Positions 50,400 to 63,065 of a stretch of 64,000 nt of DNA are shown in pieces. The notes beneath the pieces are model-generated. The model did not search any database, was not told the origin of the DNA, and saw only the letters and a list, made by a program, of their open reading frames with translations. The stretch is from Octopus sinensis. Its lineage: Eukaryota. Numbering within the stretch: position 1 is the first letter of the stretch; every line of letters begins with the position of its first letter. Location: positions 177,891-241,890 of the forward strand of contig NW_021832127.1 in assembly GCF_006345805.1 (NCBI RefSeq), in the 5' to 3' direction. A program made the translations under genes and the position numbers.

Positions 50400-51530
50400 A
50401 TCCATTTTCAATAGTATATGGCGCCAATTGAAGAATTTGATGCATTGTGAACTCTTATTCACGAAGGATTTCTTTCAGTCGTGAATGGCATGGGGCATTG
50501 TCAATTATAACTACGGCCCTGGAGTTGTTTATTTCATAGGCCTTGCGAAGACAGTTCCTGGCAAACTCTTTTGCACATCAGACTTAAAAGAGCATTGTTG
50601 TATTTCATAATGAATAATCCCATGTACTTAAATAGCTCCAATTACATGGATATTTGGACCTTTTGAAGTCGATGCAATAGACGATACACGTGATCTAACT
50701 TTTGACCAATCTTTTGAGTAATTAATTAATTTATTTTTTGAACGACGAATATACAAGTTGAAATTTGTTTCATCAGCAAACAATATTGTTCGAAACTCTC
50801 CTTGATATTCAAGAAGTTTTCTCGCAAATTCAGCTCTTTGTAATTTGACCTCTGGACAATTGGCTCTCTGAGGTTTCATTCGACAGTTTTTCACTGTGTA
50901 AAGCATACCATGTATATGTTTACGTATGCTTTCGGTTGACAAATGTAAACCGTAACGTTCTAACAATTTTCAGACAATTCTTTCATTTCGGATCCAATAA
51001 TAGCCTGTCAAGCTTTTTACAGCCAAAGTTTTCGCTAAACTTTTTCAATCCCCTCCACATTCATATACGACACAAATTTGCTTTCTTTTTTCCAAAGCCT
51101 GTGATCCATCAAAAAATTTGATTAAATGCAGCATATTTCATAATAAAGCAGCAAATTCAATGTTGACTTTAAAATTAAGTTCAATTTTGACTTTGAAATT
51201 ATAAATTACGCCAATTATAAAATTGAACTTGACAATTATAAAACTGAAGTTGTAAATTATAAAATTGAACTTGGCGATTATAAAACTGAAGTTTTCAATT
51301 ATAAATAAAATTAAACTTGCCAATTATGAAATTGGGCCTGTAAATTATAAAATTGAAGTTGTTGTGGTATAATACTCGGACTGATATTTATCCAATATTT
51401 AGAAAACAGCATGTCTTTTAACTTTGATAGTGTCAATAATGGATTATTATCGACCAAACCAAGAATGTATTGCTTGTGTAAATCATTCAATTTGGAAGAA
51501 TAATCTCCACCACGAGGTTTTGCTCTCAAT
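50400..51530 (-). mobile_element. IS630/Tc1-like transposase remnants (two pieces)
   Basis: KPRGG..LVDNNPLLTL (51311-51529); ILFADETNFNL..KGPNIHVIGAI (50628-50966); IDNAPCH..LAPY downstream. Confidence 0.7.
51190..51365. repeat. 21-bp minisatellite
   Basis: About 7 units of aattataaaa(c/t)tgaa(c/g)ttg.. between the two IS630-like pieces. Confidence 0.85.
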
Positions 51531-51754
51531 ATTTTCAGATTTTCTCCATTGACAAAGTATTTGCCTTATGGAGGATTGAGCCATATTAAGATAGTCACTT
51601 ATTTCTTTGTTAGATTTTCCATTACTTGAATGTTCAACAATTGGTTTTTTGTTTGAAAAAGATATAGTATTTTTTTGTCCATATATAGCTTTAACTCAAA
51701 CACAGAATTCTCCGAAAAACGTTAGTTCTTGCTTATATGCGAGAATTAACACTG

Positions 51755-52250
51755 ATGTTTGGTGCCTTAACACTAATGCTGATGCATTAACACTAATCTT
51801 TGGTGCTTTAACACTAATGCTTGATGCATTAACACTAATCCTGCCTCGTTTAAGATGTGACCTGTGCGGACACCTTTGCACCGGGAACCGTTACTCAGTC
51901 TGCGTCATGTCCTGACTTCGCGTCTCGCCGGGCCGAGGAAAACAAATGGAGGCAATACCCGTCGCTTCCTGACGCTTACCACTTTGTCCCAATCGCTGTG
52001 GAGACGAGCGGCGTGATTAAGCCCGAGGAGATGAGGATTCTTTCGTCGATCGGGAAGCTCATTGGAAATAAGACAAATAACTCCCGGGAAACCAGCTGGC
52101 TGTCGATAGCAATCTTGCGAGGTAACTCGCTTGATATCCGCGGTGCGGGAATCCTGATTTTCAAACTATCAGTTGCGATAAAAAAAAAGCTAATAAACTT
52201 CATTTTTACACACTAATGCTTGATGCGTTAACACCAATGCTTGTGCTTTC
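51755..52250. repeat. ~20-bp minisatellite interrupted by a CRE-like fragment (51840-52209, +)
   Basis: ttaacactaatgcttgatgca units on both sides. The insert encodes HFVPIAVETSGVI..LSIAILRGN and is flanked by acactaat. Confidence 0.8.
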
Positions 52251-52289
52251 AACGTTAAAACTTTGAAAACCTTATAAAATTATTGAGTT

Positions 52290-52510
52290 ATGGCCAATTA
52301 ATTTATGGTATACAAAATTTATACAATGCTGATGAAACCGGGATATTTTATAAATTTGTGTGCAAAAAACCTAACCCTGAATATATATTACTTTAGGATA
52401 GTTTTCCTTGTTACTTTGCACAAATTACACTGGACTGAGAAAATGAAGCCTCTTATGATTGGGAGATATAAAACTTCTAGATGTTTAAAGTTTAAAGAAC
52501 TTTGAGACAA
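52290..52510 (+). mobile_element. pogo/Tigger remnant
   Basis: YNADETGIFYK..KPLMIGRYKTSRCLK. Confidence 0.6.
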
Positions 52511-54084
52511 CTCCATCTCATGTCAAGACAAATGGAATAATCTTTGCTTTTGCTTCATACAGAACCGACAATTCGCTTGCAAACAGGTTGTATTTGTAAA
52601 ATTTCTCTACTTCAACTGGCTTTAAACGATCTTGTGAGATAATGCCCACTTCGATTAAATTTATTTCTTTTTTCCTCTTGTCAGACACAAAATGTCAGGT
52701 TTTTTGAATTGTACTTTCATTTTAATCATAATTAACGTTTCAACTCTGATTTCGACACGTTGGGTCCACATTATTGACATATCCTAATATCTTTTCAATT
52801 TCCTGCTTTTTCTAATTCCATACATTCGACCAAAGTGAAGATGGATAAACTTAATCACTTCATTATGTCTTGGGAAAAAATCAGAACGCTCAAATCATTT
52901 GTGTTGAACTTGTAAGCTTTTTCGACTTAAATTCAACTATGGAAAATGCGAAATTGCGAATGTAAACACTTTCTTACTTTTAGGCAAAATTTTATCGATC
53001 CCACGACACACGCACTTACTTAGACTGTAGAGAGGATGTATGGAAATGCAAAAAGGCGCATTAAAGTACAAAAAGGCACCGCGCGCCACTTTATGGGATC
53101 ATACTTTGATTCTAGAAACAATTAAAACAAATTTTTTAGAATTTCCTTGAAGAAGACAAGTAAGCAGGTTGAACAACGCATTTTACGAGCTCCTATTATT
53201 TTTTCTCGCTAAATTATACCGTAATAACATATATAAACTATAAATAACAGATTAATTGGATGCAAATTCAAGCATTTAAAAAATGAATCACTCACTAGGT
53301 TGCAACATTTGAAACATTTATTAAATTATTTTGATAATGAAATTATTTAAATCTGTATGGTACCTATAACCACTTATACGAATTAATTAACAAAAAAATT
53401 CATTAATTCAATTCAGCATTAAAAAGTGCCATGTAGTTAACCTAGCAATACCAGTTTTTTAAATAAAGAACAAATAATTTTTTTAATCCACACATCTACG
53501 ATGCTAAAAAGCTTGACGAGTGACGTCGTCATCAATGAACACTCACTGCGGAACCGGAGCGTCTATCTTGGATCCAAAGGACACGAAAAAAGAAAAAAAA
53601 AGTAAAGATAATTCCTTGGCTCTATCTATCTATAGTTAAAAATTAATTAACTTATTTTGACTTAAAAATAAAAGTGTGTGTCCTGCCTTTGAAAGTCATA
53701 AAGTACTATGGCTCCGTGAAAAAGGCTCTATTATTATGAAAAAAGGATACTAAATGGAATAATTTCAAGCTTATTCCGAATTGATTTTCTATGACCACCT
53801 CTTCAGAACTGTTGTGGCTTTATCTGCTACAGATCTTAGATTTTTCACATCCTTATACTCTAAATCAATGTAATCAGCGTATATTAGCTCCACAAAATTG
53901 TTATTTAAATAAGTAGTTTTCAGCCTTTTCACTTGTCGCCCTTTTAGAACTTTCATCACCCAACCAAATATTTCACCGCCCCAAAATTTTTGTTGTGACG
54001 TATTAATATAAAAATTTATAAAAATTCGATTAATAGCTAATTTTTTTCATAAAGAAATAAAAAGCGACAAAAATTTGCAAAAAT

Positions 54085-54420
54085 TAATTTAACTAATGTG
54101 CTTCTTTAAACTGATGTTTGCTTGATAGAGCTTCAGAATCTGCTTTTATATTTGTCAGATTGAGATTGAGTCGAATATCTCCACGATCACATATATTTAA
54201 CGTGTTTATCTCCATAGTTAGAATATGCTTTAATTGGCTAAATCCTTTTTCGACCAAATAGGAAGAAGGAAAACAATAACATCGGAGTTTTTTCATTTCA
54301 AAGACTAGAACTAGGAAATTTGCTAATAATAATTCTGTAGTATCAGTTTCTAATTTTCTCAAAAATAAAAGCTCTTCTTGGATAACCGATGCTTTAAAAT
54401 GTCTATTGTAACCTTTAAGT
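54085..54420 (-). mobile_element. Buster-type hAT C-terminal remnant
   Basis: FPSSYLVEKGFS..RGDIRL..KHQFKEAH*. Confidence 0.7.
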
Positions 54421-54619
54421 AATTAATTGTACTGACATAACACATAAAACTGATTGATTATCTGGAACTAGCGATACAGCAATTTGAAATGAAAATTTAA
54501 TTACTCTCAACTTACCACACAATACGCCCTAAATTCTTTATCAGTTCTTTTACGAACTGTATCATTACTGAGATACTGAGAGACAGGGTTTTTATAATCT
54601 ACTAAAATTCGTCTTTGAA

Positions 54620-55080
54620 GGGCAAGACGTGGATATTTCAAAAATTAAAAAATCCAGACTATAAAAGAAAACTGAAAATTTCATTCTTATTGATGGAAAG
54701 CTATATCTGCTTAACAAGCACAAAAGAAAGGAATGTCATTGCTCCAAAATTCATGAAACAAACCATTGTCGGCATAATGCTCTGAATGCACTTTGCTGAA
54801 GGAGATTTTTTGTAATCAAGCGAAACATAATTCTTCAAATCGTATGTGAGTGCAATATATGCAAGTTTGCTACCCCACTGAAACAGTGTGACGTTTCAAG
54901 CCATTTACATAATGTAAGGTTTAAGTCGATTTAATTGATCATAAAAGGTTTAAAGTTTATTAGTTATTCTCTTATCAAAATGATCATTTTTCTTGGTTAA
55001 TGTCTGTAGTAGACATATATTCAAAATATGCATGTTAAAGATAGTAAGGGAATAGTTAGAAGGGTTCACTCTAAACGCCT
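54620..55080 (+). mobile_element. rve-integrase N-terminal remnant
   Basis: FILIDGKLY..HETNH..CNICKFATPLKQ..VVDIYSKYA; homologous to 3749-4450. Confidence 0.7.
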
Positions 55081-55899
55081 TAAAAAGATACTTGAAAATA
55101 ATTAGTTAATGTTTTCTTTGAAAAAAGTAAAGATCATTCCCTGGCCTTACTTACTATTAGCTAAAAATAAATTCTTTATTTGAAAATAAAGTGTGTTTCC
55201 TATCTGTGCGGAGCTATAAAATACTATGACTCTGCGGAAAAGGCTATATTGATTTTCCTTTGAAAAATATTTGATTATCTTATTTTTAACAAGGATTGGC
55301 ATTGATGACAGCTTTCATGGTTTCAGTCTCGACTCGGTTTCATTTTCGGTTTGCGACAATCTCTGAAAGATCTTTCTCTAGCATATTTTTTAACAAAATT
55401 TTAAAAGAAGAAATAATAATATTTTCAGCAAGTGTATGGGGATAACCATGTTTGGCAATTAATTCTGCTATTTGATAGGAAGAGACCAATCCCTATATAA
55501 ATTACATGAAAAATAAAAACTTTGAGATTAAAGTGTTTCCTTAATAAAATTATTCTTCAAATTTGCTTCATTATTGTAATTTTTCCTCAGTTTAACAAAA
55601 TAGTCAATTGATTCTCCCATCTTATTAGAATGTTTTGTTCGAATTTGATTACGTAACAAAAAAAGTTTCATTGCTTCGTTTGAGAATATTACTCGTCATA
55701 TTAGACAAAATGGTTTGCTGGAGTCTTCATTAAAAAAATACAAATCCAAATTTAAGAAAGTCTTGATTTTATCGTTGAATTTTACGGTTAAAATTTATGT
55801 ATAACGTCTAAAGTTTTTGTCACGTGTATACAAATAGATTTGACGTTTAAAAATATCGGGTAATATTTCCCACGTTAAGAACTACCGATATAAATGATG

Positions 55900-56950
55900 G
55901 AATTCCCTCATCCCGGCTTCAAAATGGATTACAAAGAGAACTGGCAAACGAAAGTCCTCTCACAGTACCAATCCTGGTGGTAAATTTATCAGAATGGTCT
56001 ATCTCCACTTTCACTACAAGGCTCATATCAGCTAGAAAAAAACGCACAATCCTCAAAGAGTCCCCATCAATAATATCCTCGAGAACCCGCAACATTTTAT
56101 CCCTACAGATAGACTCAAACGCTTTTGATATGTCAACTCCCATTTCCTATACTTCTGACATATGACGTAAGCCACCGATGACTCCATACTATATCAGCGG
56201 ATGAACTTCTCGGTATGAATCCGCTTTGACTTGGCGAAGAGTATTGATCAACTAATTTTAATATGCGATTCAATGTTATAATTGACCGAGTTTTTTTACA
56301 GCGTCTTTAAAAGGGCGATTGGCTTGAGATTTTCAATTGGACCTGCAGGTTTGCCGGGTTTTTGCAAAGTGAGTAGAATTACCATTGCAAGTTTAATTGG
56401 ACAATGAGTCCTGAATATCTCATTGAATATAAAGGTTATCCCTTTTGCAAGCTTGGTCGGTGCGTATTTCAACAGCTCTCAGCAAATATTATCATGGTTA
56501 TTCAGTCAAAGCATTGCTCTACGAATCTCGGGATTTGTGAACATATTGTTCAGTAAACAAAGTTATCCTTCGAATTGTGAGAGCGGTAAAGTGTCCTCCC
56601 GATTGAACTAATCGCAAAAGTGTCGGGCTATAAGTTCAGCCGAGCGATTAGCGTTCAATACAAAATTACCAAACTCATCTTGAATTTTTAGATTGGTTTT
56701 AGCCGACCCACGTTTGAGTAAGCGCATAGATATAAACATTTTCCATCTGAATGTAACCTCTCCATTTCTATTATGCGTCCAAGAAGTCCGACAAGGATTT
56801 GCATCTGAATGTTGCTTTTGATTTCGTGTTGGATTTTGTTCCTCAGCTTATTTAATTCGGATTTCTGTTTAGGATCATAAGTTTTCACTTGAAATCTTAA
56901 CTCTCGACGACGTATAAACAATTCATTGATTGCCGAGTTGTATGCTCCTT
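55900..56950 (-). mobile_element. decayed RTE-like RT
   Basis: VDISKAFESICRDKMLRVL..FTTRIGTVRG. Confidence 0.6.
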
Positions 56951-56979
56951 TATACCTTTTTCAGTGAAGTATTGTGAAT

Positions 56980-58140
56980 CAAAATCGATCCATCGTTAAT
57001 TTTTTAAAAATATAAAATCCACTTAATATCTCTGGACCAAACAAAAAAATGCCATCTTCCAGCGCATTAATTGTAGAAACTAGTTTTTTAGTTGATTGGA
57101 ATTTTGCAACTTCATCATATAATGCGTCATCATTTTCTATACCAGAGATTTCGCCTGATATAACTTCATTGACAATTTCTTCGATTTGTTCTACATTTAT
57201 TTGATTACATTTTTTGAACATCATCTGTAAGTTGCTCATTAGTTTTATTCCGAAAAGTCTTGATCGTTTCTATAGTACCATTCATCCAAGCATCTTCAAT
57301 TGCTAACAAAACATTTCTCATATTTATATTTGATAGACCTTAAAAGATTATTTCATCTACTGTGAATAGCATTTAATATTAATTCTTCGCCTTCAAAAAA
57401 GCGTATAAATTTAACCAATTCATGTGAGTAAAATGTTTTTAATGAGCGAACTATTCCCAGATCAGGCGGCTAAAGCAACGGAGTAGTATTTTTAAACAGA
57501 TATAAAAATTTATATTAGAAATCATCTGCCTTATGGAATCCTGCATTATCTAAAATATTTCTTTTATTATCTTTCATTTATTCATTTATTACATACAACC
57601 ATGCATTAAAAATATGACTTTTCATCCAAGCATTTTTAAAGACATATATAATACATTATGCTGTTCAATATTAAATTTTTTCAAGCAACGAGGAGATTGT
57701 ATTTTCAATTAGCAAAAGTTTCATTTTCTCACCAATTGGATATGTACATAGAAAAACGCTAATTCTTTCTTTATTTTTTGACATCAACACAAGTATAAGT
57801 TAATTCTATGGTAGATTGTAGTAATAGTCCTGAAACTACTAAATTATAATTTCTTAATCTATATAAATTTAGGAATATTTAATTATTACTTTTGAAATAA
57901 AGTAAAAACAACCTTTTCGAAAAATGAATGTTTATCACTATTACCGGGTTCTCTGAAGATCTCAGTCCCTTTACATCCATAAAAATTATATATATCTCAC
58001 TTGATTCTAGAAACAGTCCATTTGCTTGTCTTGAATTTTTTTAATATGTCCCTTTCAGATATATTTTTATTTTTTAAAGGCTTCGCAATCTCTAATTTGT
58101 CTTTGACAGAAATTCTTTTCAGCATATCAACAGAAACACG
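56980..58140 (-). mobile_element. decayed pogo/Tigger element
   Basis: AWMKSHIF, NTTPLL*PPDLGIVRSLK and a C-terminal acidic region. Confidence 0.55.
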
Positions 58141-58399
58141 TTATTATTATTTATTATAAAATAACATTCAAAAATTAAAACTAAAAAATATATATAATCT
58201 AAAATGCCCCATAACTAAGTTTATCTTTCAAAAGAGAAACAAAAACTCCTAGTAAAAATTCAAACCCGAGGGTGCCCATGTCCGGGGTCGCCCTATAAGA
58301 GGGTGCACTGTACCGGCTAATACTATTACTGTCCGAATCCCGTCATTATGGCATGGGCTTTGCTATACACATCTCACTTGTGGATCAGTTACTTAATGT

Positions 58400-58720
58400 A
58401 TGGAGGATAACAGATCGAATTTGCTATATCAACGTAATACAAAATCGTTATGACTTTCATAAACGTGTATGCACCCCACACGGGAAGATTATCGACTTGT
58501 ATGGCTGAACTTGATGATTTTTATATGAGTTTTTAGAAGAATACTCCTAACTCTGCTCGTCAGAAATAATTTTGTTGCTTAGGACTGGAATTTAAAACCA
58601 GGAATTGAACGCAGGGGTGAATGCTATATTGGTAATCACGGAAAGGGGCATCGAAAAGAATAACATAATATTAAATGAATAAGTTAAATAAAAAGGGACT
58701 GTTGATCGTATACCTGATTC
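58400..58720 (+). mobile_element. APE endonuclease remnant (RTE-like)
   Basis: RICYI..TFINVYAPHTG..LDDFY. Confidence 0.55.
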
Positions 58721-58729
58721 TGGAAGATC

Positions 58730-59770
58730 CAAAAGCTCTCTAACTCAGATATTTGTAAACTTGTCAACATTGTGAAAGAAAATCCAAAAAAAACACTGGC
58801 CAACCTGAAAGAAGAAGTCTTTGATTTTACAGGAAAAGTTGTCTGCAAAAAACAATAAGCAATTATCTACATGAAAATCATTACAAAGCATGTGTGTGTA
58901 AAAGAAAACCTTTTTTATCAAAAAAAATAGTGAAAAACAATACGAGCTTTCAATAATCTTTTCTGCAATAAGCAATGAAACGTGGAGAACTGTTATATAG
59001 AGTGACGAGGCTTCCTTTGAAATTTTTTCATCTAAAAAAAGAACATTTTGCTTTAGAAAAAAAATAAAGCCTTAAATTATGCCCATTTAACGCCAACTTT
59101 GAAGTTTGGTGGTGGAAGAATTATGGTATGGGGTTGTATCTCCTATCAAGGAAAGGGGAATTTGGTTATAGTAAATGAAAAATAAATTCTGCTGTATATA
59201 TCAACATTTTAATAAATAATTTGTGGAAATCGGCAGATAAAATGGGCTAAATCGTTTTATTTTCCAACAAGATTTCGCCCCCTGTCATAATTCACGGAGA
59301 ACAAAACAATTTTTGGATGAGAAAAAAATTGAATTATTAAATTGGGCACCGCAATCACCAGATTTGAACCCAATTGAACATGTGTGGAGCTACATAAAGG
59401 AAGAATTGAGTAAAAAAATGCTGCATAGTAAAAAGGATTTATGCAAAAATATTATAAAAATTTGGGACGAAATACCAATGGAATTAGTGAGAAAATTAAC
59501 TGAAAACATGGCAAGAAGAAGCATTGAGCTTTATAAGGCACATGGAGGACACATTAATAATTAATCATTTGACTTTTTGTCTAATCCGGTTTTTTTTTAC
59601 ACAGAAAAAATTTAATATAGTCAGTTTAGCTGTACAAAAAGATTATTGAAAAATTATAAAAAGAAAAGTTACGAAGATTATCATTATAAATTAAATAAAA
59701 GTCTAAAATTAAAAACAGAATATCAAAAAAATTAAGCATTCGAAAATCCGGTTTTTTATTACATGGGGTG
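58730..59770 (+). mobile_element. Tc1 (DD34E) element, decayed, right end present
   Basis: SDEASF, GGGRIMVWG, QQD-34aa-E (WAPQSPDLNPIE), GGH end. Repeated aatccggtttttt motif and a ...GGGGTG|TA end. Confidence 0.85.
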
Positions 59771-60469
59771 TAGAAGTTTCGTGGAAAAACATTAGAAATT
59801 CTAGTTAATCCCCATTTTATTTAACAAAATCATTAAATTAGCATTTAAAATTTATAATAAATGTCTATTAAACCAATTTATTTATAATTTTATTATATAT
59901 CAATAAATCGTGCGCAATAATAATTAAATTTAAATTCTAAATTTTTTGATTTTTTTCAAATGCATCATGGAATTTTTTGTATGCCTAAACAAACAACTAA
60001 GTAATCTAAATGGAATCTATATTTTGGATAGACGAATATTTTTAATTATTGTACTAAAAGAAAGTACTTTTTTATTTTTCTATTTTTGTCTAAGTTTCTC
60101 TGATATGAATATTTCACTTTAGTTAATAGCAATTGAATTACAGTTCTACTCAAAAATAATTAGCTTTCAGTAATTTTATTTAACAAGTGTTTAAAATTAA
60201 TTCAATACTGTTTCATTATTTTTAATCAATCCAAAAGCAGCAGTTGCAAAACACTTTTAGTGATCATTTTAAATGTAATAGTTTTTTTCGAAGATAGATA
60301 AAATTATCGAGATGAATTTATGTAAAGCTTTGACTAACGATAAAGCGTTGAAAATCTATTTTAGTTAAACAAAATTTAATTGGCAACAAAAACGTGAAAA
60401 TATATTTTTCTGTATAAAATTAAATTTACTAAGCAGTTTTTAAAAGATTTGTAATAACGAATAACTCCA

Positions 60470-60630
60470 AATAGTACTCAGGGTCTAGCAAAGTTCCTGC
60501 TGCTAGAGAGGGATAGGCGTTAATCAAAGCGCCCGTACGTGGAGATGCTCTGACAAAAGGCAAGCAAGCCGAAGTTGGTCTCCGTGAGACACTAAGTCCC
60601 GAAAAGACTGAGAGCTGCTGGCTTCCGCCC
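60470..60630 (-). mobile_element. CRE-like internal fragment
   Basis: DQLRLACL..TGALINAYPSLAAGTLLD parallels DQHRLAC..SGSWLNCLPTTHLDTCLD. Confidence 0.55.
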
Positions 60631-60671
60631 ACTGCGCATTGAAAAAATTGAAAAATATATACTGGTTAATT

Positions 60672-61254
60672 TTTTTTTTGAGTTTTTATCTTTCATTGTC
60701 AAAAAGTAAAGATGGGGAATAAGTTATACACGAATTAAAAAGAGCCTGGAGGTCAGCTCAGAGTCGCCGCACTGCGTATCGAGTGGCAGTTTCCGCGGAG
60801 CACCGCGACCGAGATTCGCTGGAAGAGCCAGCTCGTCTCCCTCCGGTCGTTGGTCTTCCTGGCAATTCTCCTGGCAATGTCGGCATGAAGGCGAGTCGCA
60901 GACCTGCCGACAATTCCAGATGTTTCGAAGGCGAGGGGGACAAACTCGCAAGAGTCCGAAATATTTCCATACTTCGACCTCTTAGCCTCCTCAGCCTGAG
61001 CACTGGCAGAACCCGGGTTAGTGATGGACTTGAGTAACACCGACGCGGAGAACGAGTCAACACAAGTTGCATCCCAAATCAGGGACTTGCCTTCCCTGAA
61101 AGGGAAGGTAGTCATCCCGTCAGAACGCTTTCCATCACTCCGACAGACACCGACTGGCTCTAGAGTGGAGGGGAAACCAGCCGACTCTAGTGCCTTTTTC
61201 ACGACGTCATTGAGGTGAGTGTGGCGAGGAATTCTGCCAGCACTCTTCGAATTC
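60672..61254 (-). mobile_element. 5'-truncated CRE-like retrotransposon
   Basis: KRSDG..WDATC..KRSKY..FVPLAFETSG..WLFQRISVAVLRGN; poly-A tail; 12-bp TSD tactggttaatt (60660-60671, 61255-61266). Confidence 0.9.
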
Positions 61255-61431
61255 TACTGGTTAATTAGATAGCGACCAGCAGCAAAGATAGATAAAGCGT
61301 ATCTCTGACCAACGCCAAGCCAAGCTGATTCGCGCTTATCTATTTTTTTGCTGATATTAACGACCCGATTTACGAGAAGTCCGCTTTGAAAAGCCAGTGG
61401 GTTTGTCACCCACTTTAAAGGTCTCAAAAAC

Positions 61432-63048
61432 GACTGCCTCAAAGCAGAAATTATTTTCAACCGATACTGTTGTTTTTGATAAAATAAAGGAGGAGATAAA
61501 AATGGGCGATCAACTGACTTATTCAGCGACTCCCAAAAAATTAAAATTAGAAACCAAGTTTGTTAATTTATTATTATCCTGAATCACTTTAGATCAGAGT
61601 TGCAAACTTTGGCTGGCGAAATTCTTTGCTGAACAGAACTGGCATGCCGGATATAGGAGTTCACGTAGTCACCAGGATTTGAGCATTAACTTCATTCTTA
61701 GTTGCCAGACGTAATGGTGTGGGTTCTGTTGTATCGAAGTGTGTTTATTTGCAGGTAGATTATCAATTTTATTAATTTTAATTGAAACAAATTCGTCCGA
61801 CTAAACCAGTAATAACATCTATTAATGCCTCTTTCATAAGAAAACAATAAATTCTAGATCTTATCGATTTTCGACACGAAATGGAAATTATTCCTGAGTA
61901 ATTTGGTAATCAAATTAATAAAATTATTGTTTTATTAAATTATTTTTTAAAATTTACTATGGTAAAATGTGCTTGTACTTAATCAGCCAATACGATTCGC
62001 GGAATCGTAGATGACATGTCTTCTTTTATCGGGGGAAATATATTTTTCATACTGATAATGGCAAGGAGTTTAAAAATTCTGACCACGTTACCGGACGACC
62101 TCGAACTACGTGAATACATTGGCAAGTTGAACAGTATCTTTGTTTGAGCTCAATAAAATTAACCAATCTTTATAATGATGGGCCTTATCCACGAATCCAT
62201 CAAATAAAAATTTTAGAAACTATAAAACACGCATTAAAAAATACCGAGAGACTACAATAAAATCGTTCAATCAATTCACAACGTTAAAATGAACGTAGTA
62301 CCTTTGATTTAACTTGCTTTTGGTTTAGTTCTAAATATATAGAAAGTCTTTGATATATTGCGAAGCGACACACACTGGCGACCAGGATAACTTTTAAACT
62401 AATTTTTAAGAATATCTTGAGGTGTTTGTCATGTCCGTTTTTACTGATAAAAAGAAATCGAATCCCATGGGCCTTTTTGCAGAATCAAATATTAAAAACA
62501 CTATTGTGGATGCAGGAATGTTGTCTCTAAGGTTGGATAACGTCACAAGAAATAGTATTAACACTGATCCTACAGTTGGTAATCTTGCTGCCCCAACCAA
62601 CCTTTACTCCTTCAATTGTGTCTCCGAGTCACAGATTGTTTATGCCACAAAGCAAAGATTGGGGAGAATACTTAGAGGTGGCTGGAATCTCATCCTTGAA
62701 AAGTTTAACACAAAATTCGCTAAAAGTACGACCCTTAGCGGACTGGAAATATGATCAAAAGCCCGATACGGAAGCAAGTAAAAATTTCCAATTTCAAAAA
62801 GTGCTTTGAAGACTGCCTCAAAGCAGAAATTATTTTCAACCGATACTGTTGTTTTTGATAAAATAAAGGAGGAGATAAAAATGGGCGATCAACTGACTTA
62901 TTCAGCGACTCCCAAAAAATTAAAATTAGAAACCAAGTTTGTTAATTTATTATTATCCTGAATCACTTTAGATCAGAGTTGCAAACTTTGGCTGGCGAAA
63001 TTCTTTGCTGAACAGAACTGGCATGCCGGATATAGGAGTTCACGTAGT
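61432..63048. repeat. identical 238-bp direct repeats (61432-61669, 62811-63048)
   Basis: Base-for-base match from gactgcctcaaagc to ggagttcacgtagt. The spacer holds an rve remnant (FHTDNGKEFKN near 62050). Confidence 0.9.
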
Positions 63049-63065
63049 ATTATATGTCAATTATA

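Noticed and set aside
61432-63048. LTR retrotransposon or TRIM
   Set aside because: No TG..CA ends, PBS, PPT or TSD; the interior lacks gag and RT.
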